Shown piece after piece: positions 1-8,316 of a DNA stretch of 27,819 nt (position 1 is its first letter; the number at the start of each line of letters is the position of its first letter). Source of the stretch: Candidatus Krumholzibacteriia bacterium (GTDB taxonomy: Bacteria; Krumholzibacteriota; Krumholzibacteriia; LZORAL124-64-63); contig JAZBOO010000381.1 of NCBI GenBank assembly GCA_036351155.1, positions 1 to 27,819 on the forward strand, written 5' to 3'. The notes under the pieces are model-generated. The model did not search any database and was not told the DNA's origin. It saw only the letters and a program-made list of their open reading frames with translations. The translations under genes and the position numbers were made by a program.

Positions 1-179
1 CGCTGCAAGCGACGCAGCATGGGCATGAACAGCATGGCCATTGCCAGGGGACGAAACCACCGGTCCACGAAACGCCCCGGAGGCGTACCCTCCCGGGTCA
101 ACATCGCACCCACCCAGACCGCCAGCGGCAACGCCACCAGCAGCCCGAACACCAGTCCCGCTTTCCCGAACTCCACCAT
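1..179 (-). CDS. 5' part of a membrane protein of unknown function (runs off the left edge)
   Basis: Translated by hand from ATG at 179: MVEFGKAGLVFGLLVALPLAVWVGAMLTREGTPPGRFVDRWFRPLAMAMLFMPMLRRLQ, open to the edge, with a hydrophobic helix and GGTGG (188-184) upstream. Absent from the ORF track because it is truncated. Confidence 0.6.
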   Translation of the reverse strand, partial: MVEFGKAGLVFGLLVALPLAVWVGAMLTREGTPPGRFVDRWFRPLAMAMLFMPMLRRLQ

Positions 180-185
180 GACGCC

Positions 186-458
186 ACCAGCTCTTGTTTC
201 CGCTAAAGACCCTTCCCCTTCGGGCGGGAAGAGTGTTTTTCTATGCCCCTCAAGGGGTCCGGTTGTGGGTCCCATCCCTGATAGACATCCTGCTCGGGCA
301 AAATCCGCAGGCGCGATCCGAAGGAGAAGCGCCGAGGACATTGCCCGAGCAGGATGTCTATCAGGGATGGGAGGCCAACATTATAGCCCCTTGAGGGGCA
401 TAGAAAAAGGCCCTTCCCGCGCAAAGGGGAAGGGCCTTTAGCCGAAACAAGAGCTGGT
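186..458. repeat. 273-bp long inverted repeat / rod-like fold-back element (MITE/REP-like element or structured RNA)
   Basis: 186-257 pairs with 387-458 without indels (7 mismatches in 72 positions). 270-301 pairs perfectly (32 bp) with 341-372. There is a 12/14-nt internal bubble, and the apical part 302-340 has further short stems (GGCGC/GCGCC, TCC-GAA-GGA). Confidence 0.95.
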
Positions 459-1354
459 CAGTTGACCAGGTGAGGACTCTTCCTGAACTTCAACGGCGAC
501 AAACCGCAGCGGTCCTTGAATGTCCTCGAGAAGTGCGCCAAGCTATTGAAGCCGCACTTCTTGCTGATCGCTTCAACCGACAGGTCAAAACGCCGCAGCA
601 AACTCTTGGCATTTTCGATTCGCACCTGGATGAGATAGTCACTGAAGCTCATCCCCACCTCGGACCGGAACAGATTCGAAAAATAACCGGGGCTCAGATT
701 GACCATCTCGGCCATCTTGTCCCGATTGATGTTCTCACTGTAGTGAGCCAGTACGAAGCGACACGCGTACTCGGCTCGGTAGTCCTGAAGGTTATGCGAG
801 GCGTGTACGGTGTTACCGTCCTCGTCAACCAGAACGATGTCCGGCAAATTCTCGTTCCAGAGTTCCGCATCCGAAGGGGCCACGAACGAATCGGCATCCA
901 TGGGCGATCCACCCATGCCCATGGCGGTGTTCTGATCCACTGCCACCATGCCCTGTCCAAAAACAGGGTTGGTCACGCGATTGAGAAACTCGGTCACAAA
1001 ATGTGCCGTCTTCACCACATTGGACTTCTGGGCCACGAGCACCGGGGCATTCGTAATCGTCTGGTACCGCTCGAGAACGCTCCGCAGCGCATTGGGCGTC
1101 TCGGCCGAGTAGACGAAAATGAAACCGGTGGTCGCCAGAACATCCGTCGATTCCCCCTGCTGCAAACGATGCATCAGGATCTGGGAACCGAACAGCGCCA
1201 AGCACAACTCCGTGGGATTAGCCTCGGACTGGGGACAGAGAAACAGAATTCTCTGGCTCTCTTCCCGACCATGAACCAGTTGCTTCGGATAGGTTGGAAA
1301 CTCTATCACGAAGCTGGTCCATGGCTCCTGTAAGGCTTCAAGTCTTTCTTCCAC
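458..1354 (-). CDS. AraC/XylS-family transcriptional regulator
   Basis: C-terminal double HTH (AEMVNLSPGYFSNLFRSEVGMSFSDYL...AKSLL...ISKKCGFNSLAHFSRTFKDRCGLSPLKFRK). Start placed at GTG 1354 behind GGGGG; the ORF track starts at TTG 1372. Confidence 0.92.
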   Translation of the reverse strand: MEERLEALQEPWTSFVIEFPTYPKQLVHGREESQRILFLCPQSEANPTELCLALFGSQILMHRLQQGESTDVLATTGFIFVYSAETPNALRSVLERYQTITNAPVLVAQKSNVVKTAHFVTEFLNRVTNPVFGQGMVAVDQNTAMGMGGSPMDADSFVAPSDAELWNENLPDIVLVDEDGNTVHASHNLQDYRAEYACRFVLAHYSENINRDKMAEMVNLSPGYFSNLFRSEVGMSFSDYLIQVRIENAKSLLRRFDLSVEAISKKCGFNSLAHFSRTFKDRCGLSPLKFRKSPHLVN

Positions 1355-1437
1355 AGAAATACCCCCAAGCAAATGGAGTCATCTTGGGCAGCGCAAAGGT
1401 GTAACATTAATACAAATTTCCGCTTTCAACGTTATAT

Positions 1438-1467
1438 ATAATACGCCGCCTCTTTAGGTCCTGTCCA
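1438..1467 (-). promoter_or_regulatory. Putative sigma70-type promoter for the araC gene
   Basis: TGGACA (1467-1462) - 18 bp - TATTAT (1443-1438), within an AT-rich intergenic region. Confidence 0.45.
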
Positions 1468-1645
1468 TCAAAAAACACAGAAATTTGACATTATTTATTC
1501 GCGATTTCGAGACACTGTTATGATGCGGAGACAAAATCAGGGGGAGAAAATCAATTATTGTACATTATTGAGAAAGAATTTCATATTCAGTTAGGGCAAT
1601 GAGACATCAACAAAAACACTGGATTGTCATTGGGGGGAAACGCTG

Positions 1646-3517
1646 TTAACGCACGTAGACAAGCCGCCGGGTGACACTCCAGTCGTCCAGCTGAAGCTTG
1701 CAGAAATAGGTCCCGGAGGCCACCTGGCGGCCAAATGCGTCGGATCCGTTCCACTGAACGGAATACTCGCCCACGCCCACGCTACCCCCGTAAAGGGTCA
1801 CCAGCTCCTGGCCGTTGATGTTGTAAATCTTGACCGTGGCGGTGGGAGAACCCCCGCTCCAGGGGATCGGCGCGTCCTTGTCCAGGTGTTCGGGAATGTC
1901 GCCCACATCATCCCAGGCAAACGCTTCACCCACGGTGGTCGGCACCCGGAAACGCACCTGAATAACATCGTGGAAGGGGTTGGGCCAGCCCTCCAGCAGC
2001 ATGGGAGAAAGGGTGGGCGGACGTTTCTGGTCCATGCTGATGGCCTGGCGAACGCGGGTCGGATCGGCCAATTCTTCCCCGGATGCGGTCTCTGACTCCA
2101 GCAATGTGCCCTGGAGAACTTCAGGAACCGGGACTGCCGAGCCACCCGCTGCTGCGGTGGAGAAAGTGCGTCCGCCCAGCCACACACCCTGCAGGGCCGC
2201 TTCCCCGTCCGGGGGCGGCAGCGTCAGGCCCGCCGGCCGCGCAAATGCGAACTCGACCGTTCCCTCGGCGCCGTGACCCTCCAGCAATCCGAACCGCACA
2301 TAGGGATTCTGCAGGCCGCCTTCATGGTGGAGCAAGCGACCGGTGTCCATGCTGCCCCAGTTCAACGGAAGGGAGGAACCCGCAGCCGGAATCCAGGTGA
2401 CTTCACGCGGAGAGCCCAGCGCCTGCCCGCTCAGGCTGAAGAGATCCGGGTCCACCTGGAAAGCTTTCCCCTTGTCCACCTTCATGCGCAACACCAGCCG
2501 CTGAGGCTCGTCCGTCTGGAAACTGAACGCGGGCAGGATCCCGGCGCGACATGCCGGGCAAGCCCCCGGCACGATCCAGTGGGCCTGACGACCGGTCAAC
2601 GGATCGGTGACCCCGCGGTAGACCAGGTCGGCCTGGGTCAAGGTGGTGGTCAGCTGAAGCCAGCTGGAGGCCACACAGAACACCAGCGGCAGAGAATCCG
2701 TGGAGAGAGGAAAGTCGAGAGAGCAGCCGCCGTCTCCACCCAGGGCCAGGTAACCCGGGCGGTCTCCCAGCACCATCACCGCCAGCCACAGGGGGCGGGT
2801 ATGGCCGGCGCTGGTGGGCACATCCAACCGCGTCACGAACGGATGACTGCGATGGGCCACCGGGCGGCCGGTGGTCGTGTGACGCACTCCGGTGATGTCG
2901 GTTTCCACCCAGCACTGGCCGCCGGTGGTCACCTTCAATGCCGCCAGATCCGCCCGCGATGAGGAAGAAGACAGGAACACAGCTCCCTGCAGCTCGGGGT
3001 AGCTCCACCGATAGGATTCCAGGTGCACGGCGCCCAGCCCCTCGGGCCGATCGACCACCGCCATGTCGTGACCGATGGCGGCAAAATCCTCATCGACCAG
3101 TCCATCGCCATCGTTGTCCTGGCCGTCTCGACGATCTTCGTCCTGGACTCCGTCACCGTCGTCATCGGCCCCCGCAGAAAACCCCCGCATACCCCCGGGC
3201 TCACCTTCGCTGATCAGATCCAGGAACGGCGAGGCCGCAGGTTCACGCGTGCGGAAGCGCCTTCTCTCCTCGGCCACCGGCACGGAGGCCTGCAGCAGGT
3301 CTTCACCGGTGGGCAGGTGGCGGAAGAGAATGGTCCCATCGGCCTCGATGATCAGCATGACTTCGGGAGAGAGAGAACGTGTCATCAGCGGGGCAGAGGT
3401 GGACGTATCCTGAGCCAGGGCCAGGCCCGGCTGGAGGGCACCCGACACGGGAAAGAGAAAAACCAGGGCCAGCAATAGGCAGGGCATGGCCCCTCGTGTA
3501 ATCCAGCGGCTGTTCAT
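1646..3517 (-). CDS. Secreted protein of unknown function with DxDxDG-type Ca-binding motifs and a C-terminal FlgD-Ig/T9SS-like sorting domain
   Basis: Signal peptide; DDDGDGVQDED...DGQDNDGDGLVDED; C-terminus WPNPF...VKIYNINGQELVTL...VQWNGSDAFGRQVASGTYFCKL...TRRLVYVR. Alternative start ATG 3487. Confidence 0.85.
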   Translation of the reverse strand: MNSRWITRGAMPCLLLALVFLFPVSGALQPGLALAQDTSTSAPLMTRSLSPEVMLIIEADGTILFRHLPTGEDLLQASVPVAEERRRFRTREPAASPFLDLISEGEPGGMRGFSAGADDDGDGVQDEDRRDGQDNDGDGLVDEDFAAIGHDMAVVDRPEGLGAVHLESYRWSYPELQGAVFLSSSSSRADLAALKVTTGGQCWVETDITGVRHTTTGRPVAHRSHPFVTRLDVPTSAGHTRPLWLAVMVLGDRPGYLALGGDGGCSLDFPLSTDSLPLVFCVASSWLQLTTTLTQADLVYRGVTDPLTGRQAHWIVPGACPACRAGILPAFSFQTDEPQRLVLRMKVDKGKAFQVDPDLFSLSGQALGSPREVTWIPAAGSSLPLNWGSMDTGRLLHHEGGLQNPYVRFGLLEGHGAEGTVEFAFARPAGLTLPPPDGEAALQGVWLGGRTFSTAAAGGSAVPVPEVLQGTLLESETASGEELADPTRVRQAISMDQKRPPTLSPMLLEGWPNPFHDVIQVRFRVPTTVGEAFAWDDVGDIPEHLDKDAPIPWSGGSPTATVKIYNINGQELVTLYGGSVGVGEYSVQWNGSDAFGRQVASGTYFCKLQLDDWSVTRRLVYVR

Positions 3518-3523
3518 GAGCTG

Positions 3524-3553
3524 ATACTAGTCATTTCCGGTTTCACACCGCAA
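3524..3553 (-). promoter_or_regulatory. Putative sigma70-type promoter placing +1 at or near the ATG at 3517
   Basis: TTGCGG (3553-3548) - 18 bp - TAGTAT (3529-3524) - 6 nt - ATG. Confidence 0.4.
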
Positions 3554-3681
3554 CCCGGAAAAGGCTCCTTTTCCAAGGTTGTTTGGTGATGGGCAGTTAG
3601 CCGCACGCTGAAAAGGTGAATTCGCCGTCCGGGACCGCTGACAACTGCTTTCAATACCCCAAACTCTACAGAGACAACAGG

Positions 3682-4302
3682 TTAGCTGCTCTCAGCACCG
3701 GAGTCATCCGTCAGAAATCGGACATTTCCGGTCCCCAGGTCGTATACCGCCGTGGCCACGGCAAGGTTCCCCTCCTCCACCGCACGGGCCAGAACAGGGG
3801 ATTTCTGCGTGAGATTAGCCGTCGCCAGCAAGGCGTTGGACGCGATGGTTTCCGGCGTGGGCTCCACCAGTTGGGCGGGGAAATCCGCCAGAGCCGGCAT
3901 GATCTCGGCCACCACCGCACCCAGGTGGGGAGACAGCCCCAGGGGGGGGCCCGCCCTTTCCTGAAGCGCCGCCTGCACGGCCCCACAGCCGGTATGGCCC
4001 AGAACCACCACCAGGCGTACGCCAAGCTGCTGCACCGCAAATTCGATACTGCCCAGGGGCGTGGATCCCGCCACGTTGCCGGCCACCCGGACCACGAACA
4101 GATCGCCGGGGCCCTGGTCGAACACCAGCTCGGGCGGCACCCGGGAATCGGCGCAACCCAGGACCACGGCCATGGGCTGCTGGATGGCCACGGTTTCGGC
4201 CCGCCGAGCAGGCCATGCCCCTGCGTCCATTATCGAATGCCCCGCCTGGAAGCGGGCGTTGCCCTCCTTCATCAGTCGCAAAGCTTTGCTGGCTGAAATC
4301 AA
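3682..4302 (-). CDS. Beta-class carbonic anhydrase
   Basis: Motifs LGCADSRV, VRVAGNV and GHTGCGAV (Cys/His/Cys zinc ligands, Asp-Arg dyad). Start TTG 4302 behind GAGGGGG gives the typical MISASKALRLMKEGNARF N-terminus; the ORF-track extension overlaps the upstream gene. Confidence 0.95.
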   Translation of the reverse strand: MISASKALRLMKEGNARFQAGHSIMDAGAWPARRAETVAIQQPMAVVLGCADSRVPPELVFDQGPGDLFVVRVAGNVAGSTPLGSIEFAVQQLGVRLVVVLGHTGCGAVQAALQERAGPPLGLSPHLGAVVAEIMPALADFPAQLVEPTPETIASNALLATANLTQKSPVLARAVEEGNLAVATAVYDLGTGNVRFLTDDSGAESS

Positions 4303-4315
4303 ACGCAGTTCCCCC

Positions 4316-5041
4316 TCAATCAGACAGGTAATATTCCACAGTGGACACCACCCGCACCTTCTTGATGTGGGGGTTGTTGGTGTCACGCGCGTTGATGCTG
4401 AACTGGCCCTGGGTGGCCCGCTTGATCTTGCCCAGCCGACTGTCGGAATCCTCGGCGAACTTCTCCGCCACCTCGCGAGCCTTGCGGGTGGCCTCTTCCA
4501 CCATCTCGGGCTTGACCTCGTTCAACCGCGTGAACAGGTACTCGGTCTGGGCCTGATAGCCCCCGGTGATCACGATCCCCTGCTTGCCCAGCTGGGACAC
4601 CTGCCCCATGACCTGTTGCACCACCGGGATGTCATGGGAATAGACCGTCACCGTCTGCTGGGCTGTGTACCTGAACTCGGCCGCCGGTCCGCCCCCATAC
4701 TGGTTGGCCGACTTGTCGGTGATGGCCGGAGAAGAAAAGGTGATCTCCTCGGCCCCCACGCCACGTGCGGTCAGGAAGCTCCGGATCTTGTCGGTGCTGG
4801 TTTCGAGGGTGGCGTACAGATTGGTCAGGTCGTTGTCCGCCACCGTGAACATGATGGGCCAGATGACGATATCCGCGGGATACTCCCGCTCGGACAGGCC
4901 CTTGACCTGGACGGTGCGCTCATACTCCTTGATGTCCAGGGCCGACTTGCCCAGGATGAATCCCAGGGACACCAGACCCAGACAGATGAAGACCCCCAGA
5001 ACCAGTGCCCCTGTTCTGTAATGCACAGAGCTCATGATCAT
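4316..5041 (-). CDS. SIMPL (DUF541) domain protein
   Basis: N-terminal TM anchor; ERTVQVKGLSERE..AD..IWP, LNEVKPEMVEEAT..AR..AEKFAEDS.S.LGKIK.A.QGQFSI, KKVRVVSTVEYYL. Start ATG 5041 or 5035 behind GAGGA. Confidence 0.9.
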   Translation of the reverse strand: MIMSSVHYRTGALVLGVFICLGLVSLGFILGKSALDIKEYERTVQVKGLSEREYPADIVIWPIMFTVADNDLTNLYATLETSTDKIRSFLTARGVGAEEITFSSPAITDKSANQYGGGPAAEFRYTAQQTVTVYSHDIPVVQQVMGQVSQLGKQGIVITGGYQAQTEYLFTRLNEVKPEMVEEATRKAREVAEKFAEDSDSRLGKIKRATQGQFSINARDTNNPHIKKVRVVSTVEYYLSD

Positions 5042-5067
5042 TCCTCACATGTTGGTATTCGGAAACC

Positions 5068-5463
5068 TTATTCCGCCATGGGACCCGCGGGCGGTTCCCA
5101 GAGTTCCACCTTGTTTCCTTCAGGATCCATGACCCAGCCGAATTTGCCCAGCTCGGAATCCTCGGTCTTGTCCTCGACCTGGCAACCCTCTTCCCGCAAC
5201 ACCTTCAGCAGGGCTTCCAGGTTTTCCACCCGGAAATTGATCATGAAGGCCGCCGTGCTGGGCTGGAAGTACTCGGTGTCGGCCGGGAACGGGCTCCACA
5301 CGGTGCAACCGTGGGGCTCGGGGTGCTCGGGTGTTTGCCACCGGAACGCCGCTCCTCCCCAGTCCTGGATATCGATGCCCAGATGCTCCTGATACCACCG
5401 ACCCAGGGCCGGAGGGTCCTGGGCCTTGAAAAACACGCCCCCGATTCCGGTGACTCGACGCAT
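5068..5463 (-). CDS. VOC/glyoxalase-bleomycin resistance family protein
   Basis: MRRVTGIGGVFFKAQDP...WY..HLG, FMINFRVENL, GKFGWVMDPEGNKVELWEP. ATG 5463 has GAGGGG upstream. Confidence 0.92.
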   Translation of the reverse strand: MRRVTGIGGVFFKAQDPPALGRWYQEHLGIDIQDWGGAAFRWQTPEHPEPHGCTVWSPFPADTEYFQPSTAAFMINFRVENLEALLKVLREEGCQVEDKTEDSELGKFGWVMDPEGNKVELWEPPAGPMAE

Positions 5464-5512
5464 GAGAACCCCTCTGGGAAATGGAAATGGCCGCATGGGC
5501 ACATCAGCTTGC

Positions 5513-8227
5513 TCAGGATTGGGCGTTCCGGGCCATGACTCCCAGCACCCGTTCCACCAGCTCCTTCAGTCTCTTCACTTCGAACGGTTTTTCCAGGAAA
5601 AAAGTGTGCTCCTGCAAGGTAATTTGGCCCAGGATTTCCGCCTCCCCGAAACCGCTCATCAACACCACCGGCAGCCGGGGCGCAAACTCTCGAATCAGTT
5701 GATGAGCCTCGGCCCCGCTCATCTCGGGCATGGAGTAATCCATGAAGATGGCTGCCAGCTTGCTCCGGGGATCCCGGGCCAGGTCCACGGCCTGGACGCC
5801 GTCTTCCGCCAGCAGAACCTCCAGACCAAACCGACGCAGGCAAGTGGCCACGAAGTTGCGGACCTCCTCCTCGTCGTCCACCACCAGCACTCTGCCGAGC
5901 AACCGCCGAGGTCGATCCTCCCGGGTGGTCACCTCGACCGGCGGCCTCTCGGCCGCCAGGGGAAAATAGGCCTGGAAGCAGGATCCCTGCCCCGGGGCCG
6001 ATTCCAGGGTCAGGATTCCCCCATGATGATCGAGAATACCCAGCACGGCCGCCAGACCCAGTCCCCGACCCGGCCCCTTGGAGGAATAGAACGGATCAAA
6101 AATCCGCTGCTGTTCCCGTTCATCCAGCCCGCACCCAGCGTCCCGCACGGTCAGACAGACATACGGCCCCGGCCGGTGTTTATCGAGCAACACCCGGTGG
6201 AGCAAGGGCTCCTCACCCACCTGAACGGCGGCGAGTTTCAGCTCGAGGGTGCCCGCGCTCCCCTCCATGGCCTCGGCGCCGTTCCTCACCAGGTTCAGAA
6301 TGATCTGCGAAACCTGGGCCTCGTTGCCCTTGATCCACAGTGGCTCCTCGGCCAGGTGACAGTTCAGCTGGATGAGGCGGGGCACCGTGGACCCCATCAG
6401 CGACTGCAGGTCCTGGACCAGTTTGCGCAGGTCGAAGGTCTCCAGTTCCACATGGGCCCCGCCGGCGTAGGCCAGAAGGTTGCCCGTCAACTTGGCCGCA
6501 CGCAGGGCGCTGGCTTCGATGATTTCCAGAAAGCGGCCGGTTTCCCCTTCCACCGGCTCTCCATCCCTGGCCAGCTGGACATTGCCGATGATGCTGGTCA
6601 ACAGGTTGTTGAAATCGTGGGCCACCCCACCGGCCAGAACCCCCAGGCTCTCCAGCTTCTGGGATTGCTGCATGGTCAGTTCCATCTTGCGGCGCTCGGT
6701 GATGTCCTGCAGCAGGACCAGGGTTTCTCTCCGGCCGCATCGTCCAAAACGCAGCTCCAGGTATTTCTCGCCTCGGGGCCCCTGGACCAGGATGGGAACC
6801 GAAGGCAGGTGGGGCGTGGTTCCGATCAAATCCAGGGTGTCCAGAATGATATCCCGACTATTGGGCGGCACCAGTTCCAGGAAGCTCTCACCCTGGTGGT
6901 GGCTCAAATCCAGCGGCGGAGTTCCCGGCAGGCCGGGAATGACCTCCAGAATGCGGTGGGACGCATCCAGAAGAACCAGAGTGTCGGGCACCGCCTGGAT
7001 CAAGGCCTGATTCCGGGATTCGGCCGAGCGCAACAAGGCCTCCACCCTGCGCCGCTCCTCGATATCTTCGGCCAGCAGGGTGTTGGCGTCTTCCAGCTCC
7101 CTGGTCCGCTCCTGAACTCTCTGCTCCAGGGACAGGTTAGCCTTCTCCAGGGACAGGGAGACCTCCCTGTGGCGGTTTCTCAGGGTGCGGTTTTCCCGCA
7201 TGATGATGCGGTAGACGGTGAAAACCAGCGCCGCCATGATCACGGATTCCACCGCCAGCAAGGCGCCGCGCAGATGGCTCAGAGAGCGGTCCAGAAGACC
7301 CGTCAATTCCAGGATGTTGTGGACAAAGAGCATGGAAAACGCATAGGCGATCAGGCCCGTACCGCCCAGCGGTCCCGCGGCAACCAGGGGCTCTCGCTCT
7401 ATGGTGACGGAGGGGCCCTCTCTCTTTTCCCTCCGACCGTGAATGGTGCCCACCGCGGCCAGGGCGTAGGGCACGAACCAGAAGAGATCCAGCAGATTCC
7501 CGCCATCGAGAGATGAGATGGCGAGATAAAGCCAGAGGACATCCAGAGCGTCGGTAACCACCCACCAGCAGAAGGCCAGGGCCAGCCAGCGGTACACCCG
7601 TTTCCAGTGAGGTGAGGTGCACTGCCTCAGCCGCACGACCAGGCGCACCGCCACGTAGAGGTCAAACACCAGAGAGCCCACCACCGAGGGCTTCCAGCTT
7701 TCATAGGTTTCCGGACTGGACAGGCCGGGGATGAGGGCAAAATAGATGTAGCCGGTCACCATCAGAAGCACACCACCGGCCAGGGTGTAACGCTTCAGCT
7801 TGACCTGAAAGGGAGTGGGTGTTCGACCGGCCGGATCGATTTCAATGGCGATGAGGATCCCCACGTAGAACATCTGGAACAGGAAATCGGCGGCCAGATC
7901 CACGGCCAGTCCCAGGTCGTAAAGCAGAGGCCAGGCCACCCGGCCCACGCACCAGATGCCGAAACCCAGACCCCAGGCCAGCCAGAAGCCGCGTTCGCGG
8001 GCCGATTCGGTACGAGGCCGCCTGATCAGGGCATAGGCAGCCACCAGGCCCACCATGGGAACATCGACCCACATGTCCACGTAGTCGGAAAAAACTTCGG
8101 AAGCCAGAAGGGGAAAAAAGTAGGGACTCAGCGCCAAAGAAAATACGGTGATCAAAACCCAGATGAGTGGCTGGGGCGTTTTGCTGGAAGACAAATCCGC
8201 CCCGTGTTGTTGTCCTTTGGCGCTCAA
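5513..8227 (-). CDS. Hybrid sensor histidine kinase/response regulator (multi-TM sensor, PAS, HisKA, HATPase, REC; CckA-like architecture)
   Basis: About 10 hydrophobic segments, PAS-like domain, H-box LAGGVAHDFNNLL, N-box QIILNLVRNGAEAM, G1 DAGCG, F-box IFDPFYSSK, G2 GRGLGL, receiver VLVVDDE...FMDYSMPEMSG...KPF. Start chosen at TTG 8227 (AAGGA upstream); the ORF-track TTG 8269 abuts an extended -10 TGaTACAAT (8278-8270). Confidence 0.93.
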   Translation of the reverse strand: MSAKGQQHGADLSSSKTPQPLIWVLITVFSLALSPYFFPLLASEVFSDYVDMWVDVPMVGLVAAYALIRRPRTESARERGFWLAWGLGFGIWCVGRVAWPLLYDLGLAVDLAADFLFQMFYVGILIAIEIDPAGRTPTPFQVKLKRYTLAGGVLLMVTGYIYFALIPGLSSPETYESWKPSVVGSLVFDLYVAVRLVVRLRQCTSPHWKRVYRWLALAFCWWVVTDALDVLWLYLAISSLDGGNLLDLFWFVPYALAAVGTIHGRREKREGPSVTIEREPLVAAGPLGGTGLIAYAFSMLFVHNILELTGLLDRSLSHLRGALLAVESVIMAALVFTVYRIIMRENRTLRNRHREVSLSLEKANLSLEQRVQERTRELEDANTLLAEDIEERRRVEALLRSAESRNQALIQAVPDTLVLLDASHRILEVIPGLPGTPPLDLSHHQGESFLELVPPNSRDIILDTLDLIGTTPHLPSVPILVQGPRGEKYLELRFGRCGRRETLVLLQDITERRKMELTMQQSQKLESLGVLAGGVAHDFNNLLTSIIGNVQLARDGEPVEGETGRFLEIIEASALRAAKLTGNLLAYAGGAHVELETFDLRKLVQDLQSLMGSTVPRLIQLNCHLAEEPLWIKGNEAQVSQIILNLVRNGAEAMEGSAGTLELKLAAVQVGEEPLLHRVLLDKHRPGPYVCLTVRDAGCGLDEREQQRIFDPFYSSKGPGRGLGLAAVLGILDHHGGILTLESAPGQGSCFQAYFPLAAERPPVEVTTREDRPRRLLGRVLVVDDEEEVRNFVATCLRRFGLEVLLAEDGVQAVDLARDPRSKLAAIFMDYSMPEMSGAEAHQLIREFAPRLPVVLMSGFGEAEILGQITLQEHTFFLEKPFEVKRLKELVERVLGVMARNAQS

Positions 8228-8316
8228 TATCCGGTCCTTTTCCTGGTCGTAATAGCGATTGGGCGGCAAATTGTATCACAGATCCAGCACAAAAGGGAGG
8301 GTCTGACCCGGGTTTT

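Noticed and set aside
19..441. ORFs 19..441, 194..394 and 203..424, which share peptides such as PSLIDILLGQ and FLCPSRG
   Set aside because: The shared peptides are a by-product of the inverted repeat read on both strands; no protein-like features.
186..458. CRISPR array or autonomous IS element
   Set aside because: The repeats are inverted rather than direct with spacers; no cas or transposase gene, and no clear target-site duplication.
470..1333. 287-aa plus-strand ORF
   Set aside because: Antisense shadow of the AraC gene; no motifs.
1485..1524. Perfect TTGACA on the plus strand with TATGAT downstream
   Set aside because: The spacing is 28 bp and there is no plus-strand gene to drive.
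4061..7516. Long plus-strand ORFs 4061..5392 and 5426..7516
   Set aside because: Antisense frames of well-supported minus-strand genes, typical of high-GC DNA.
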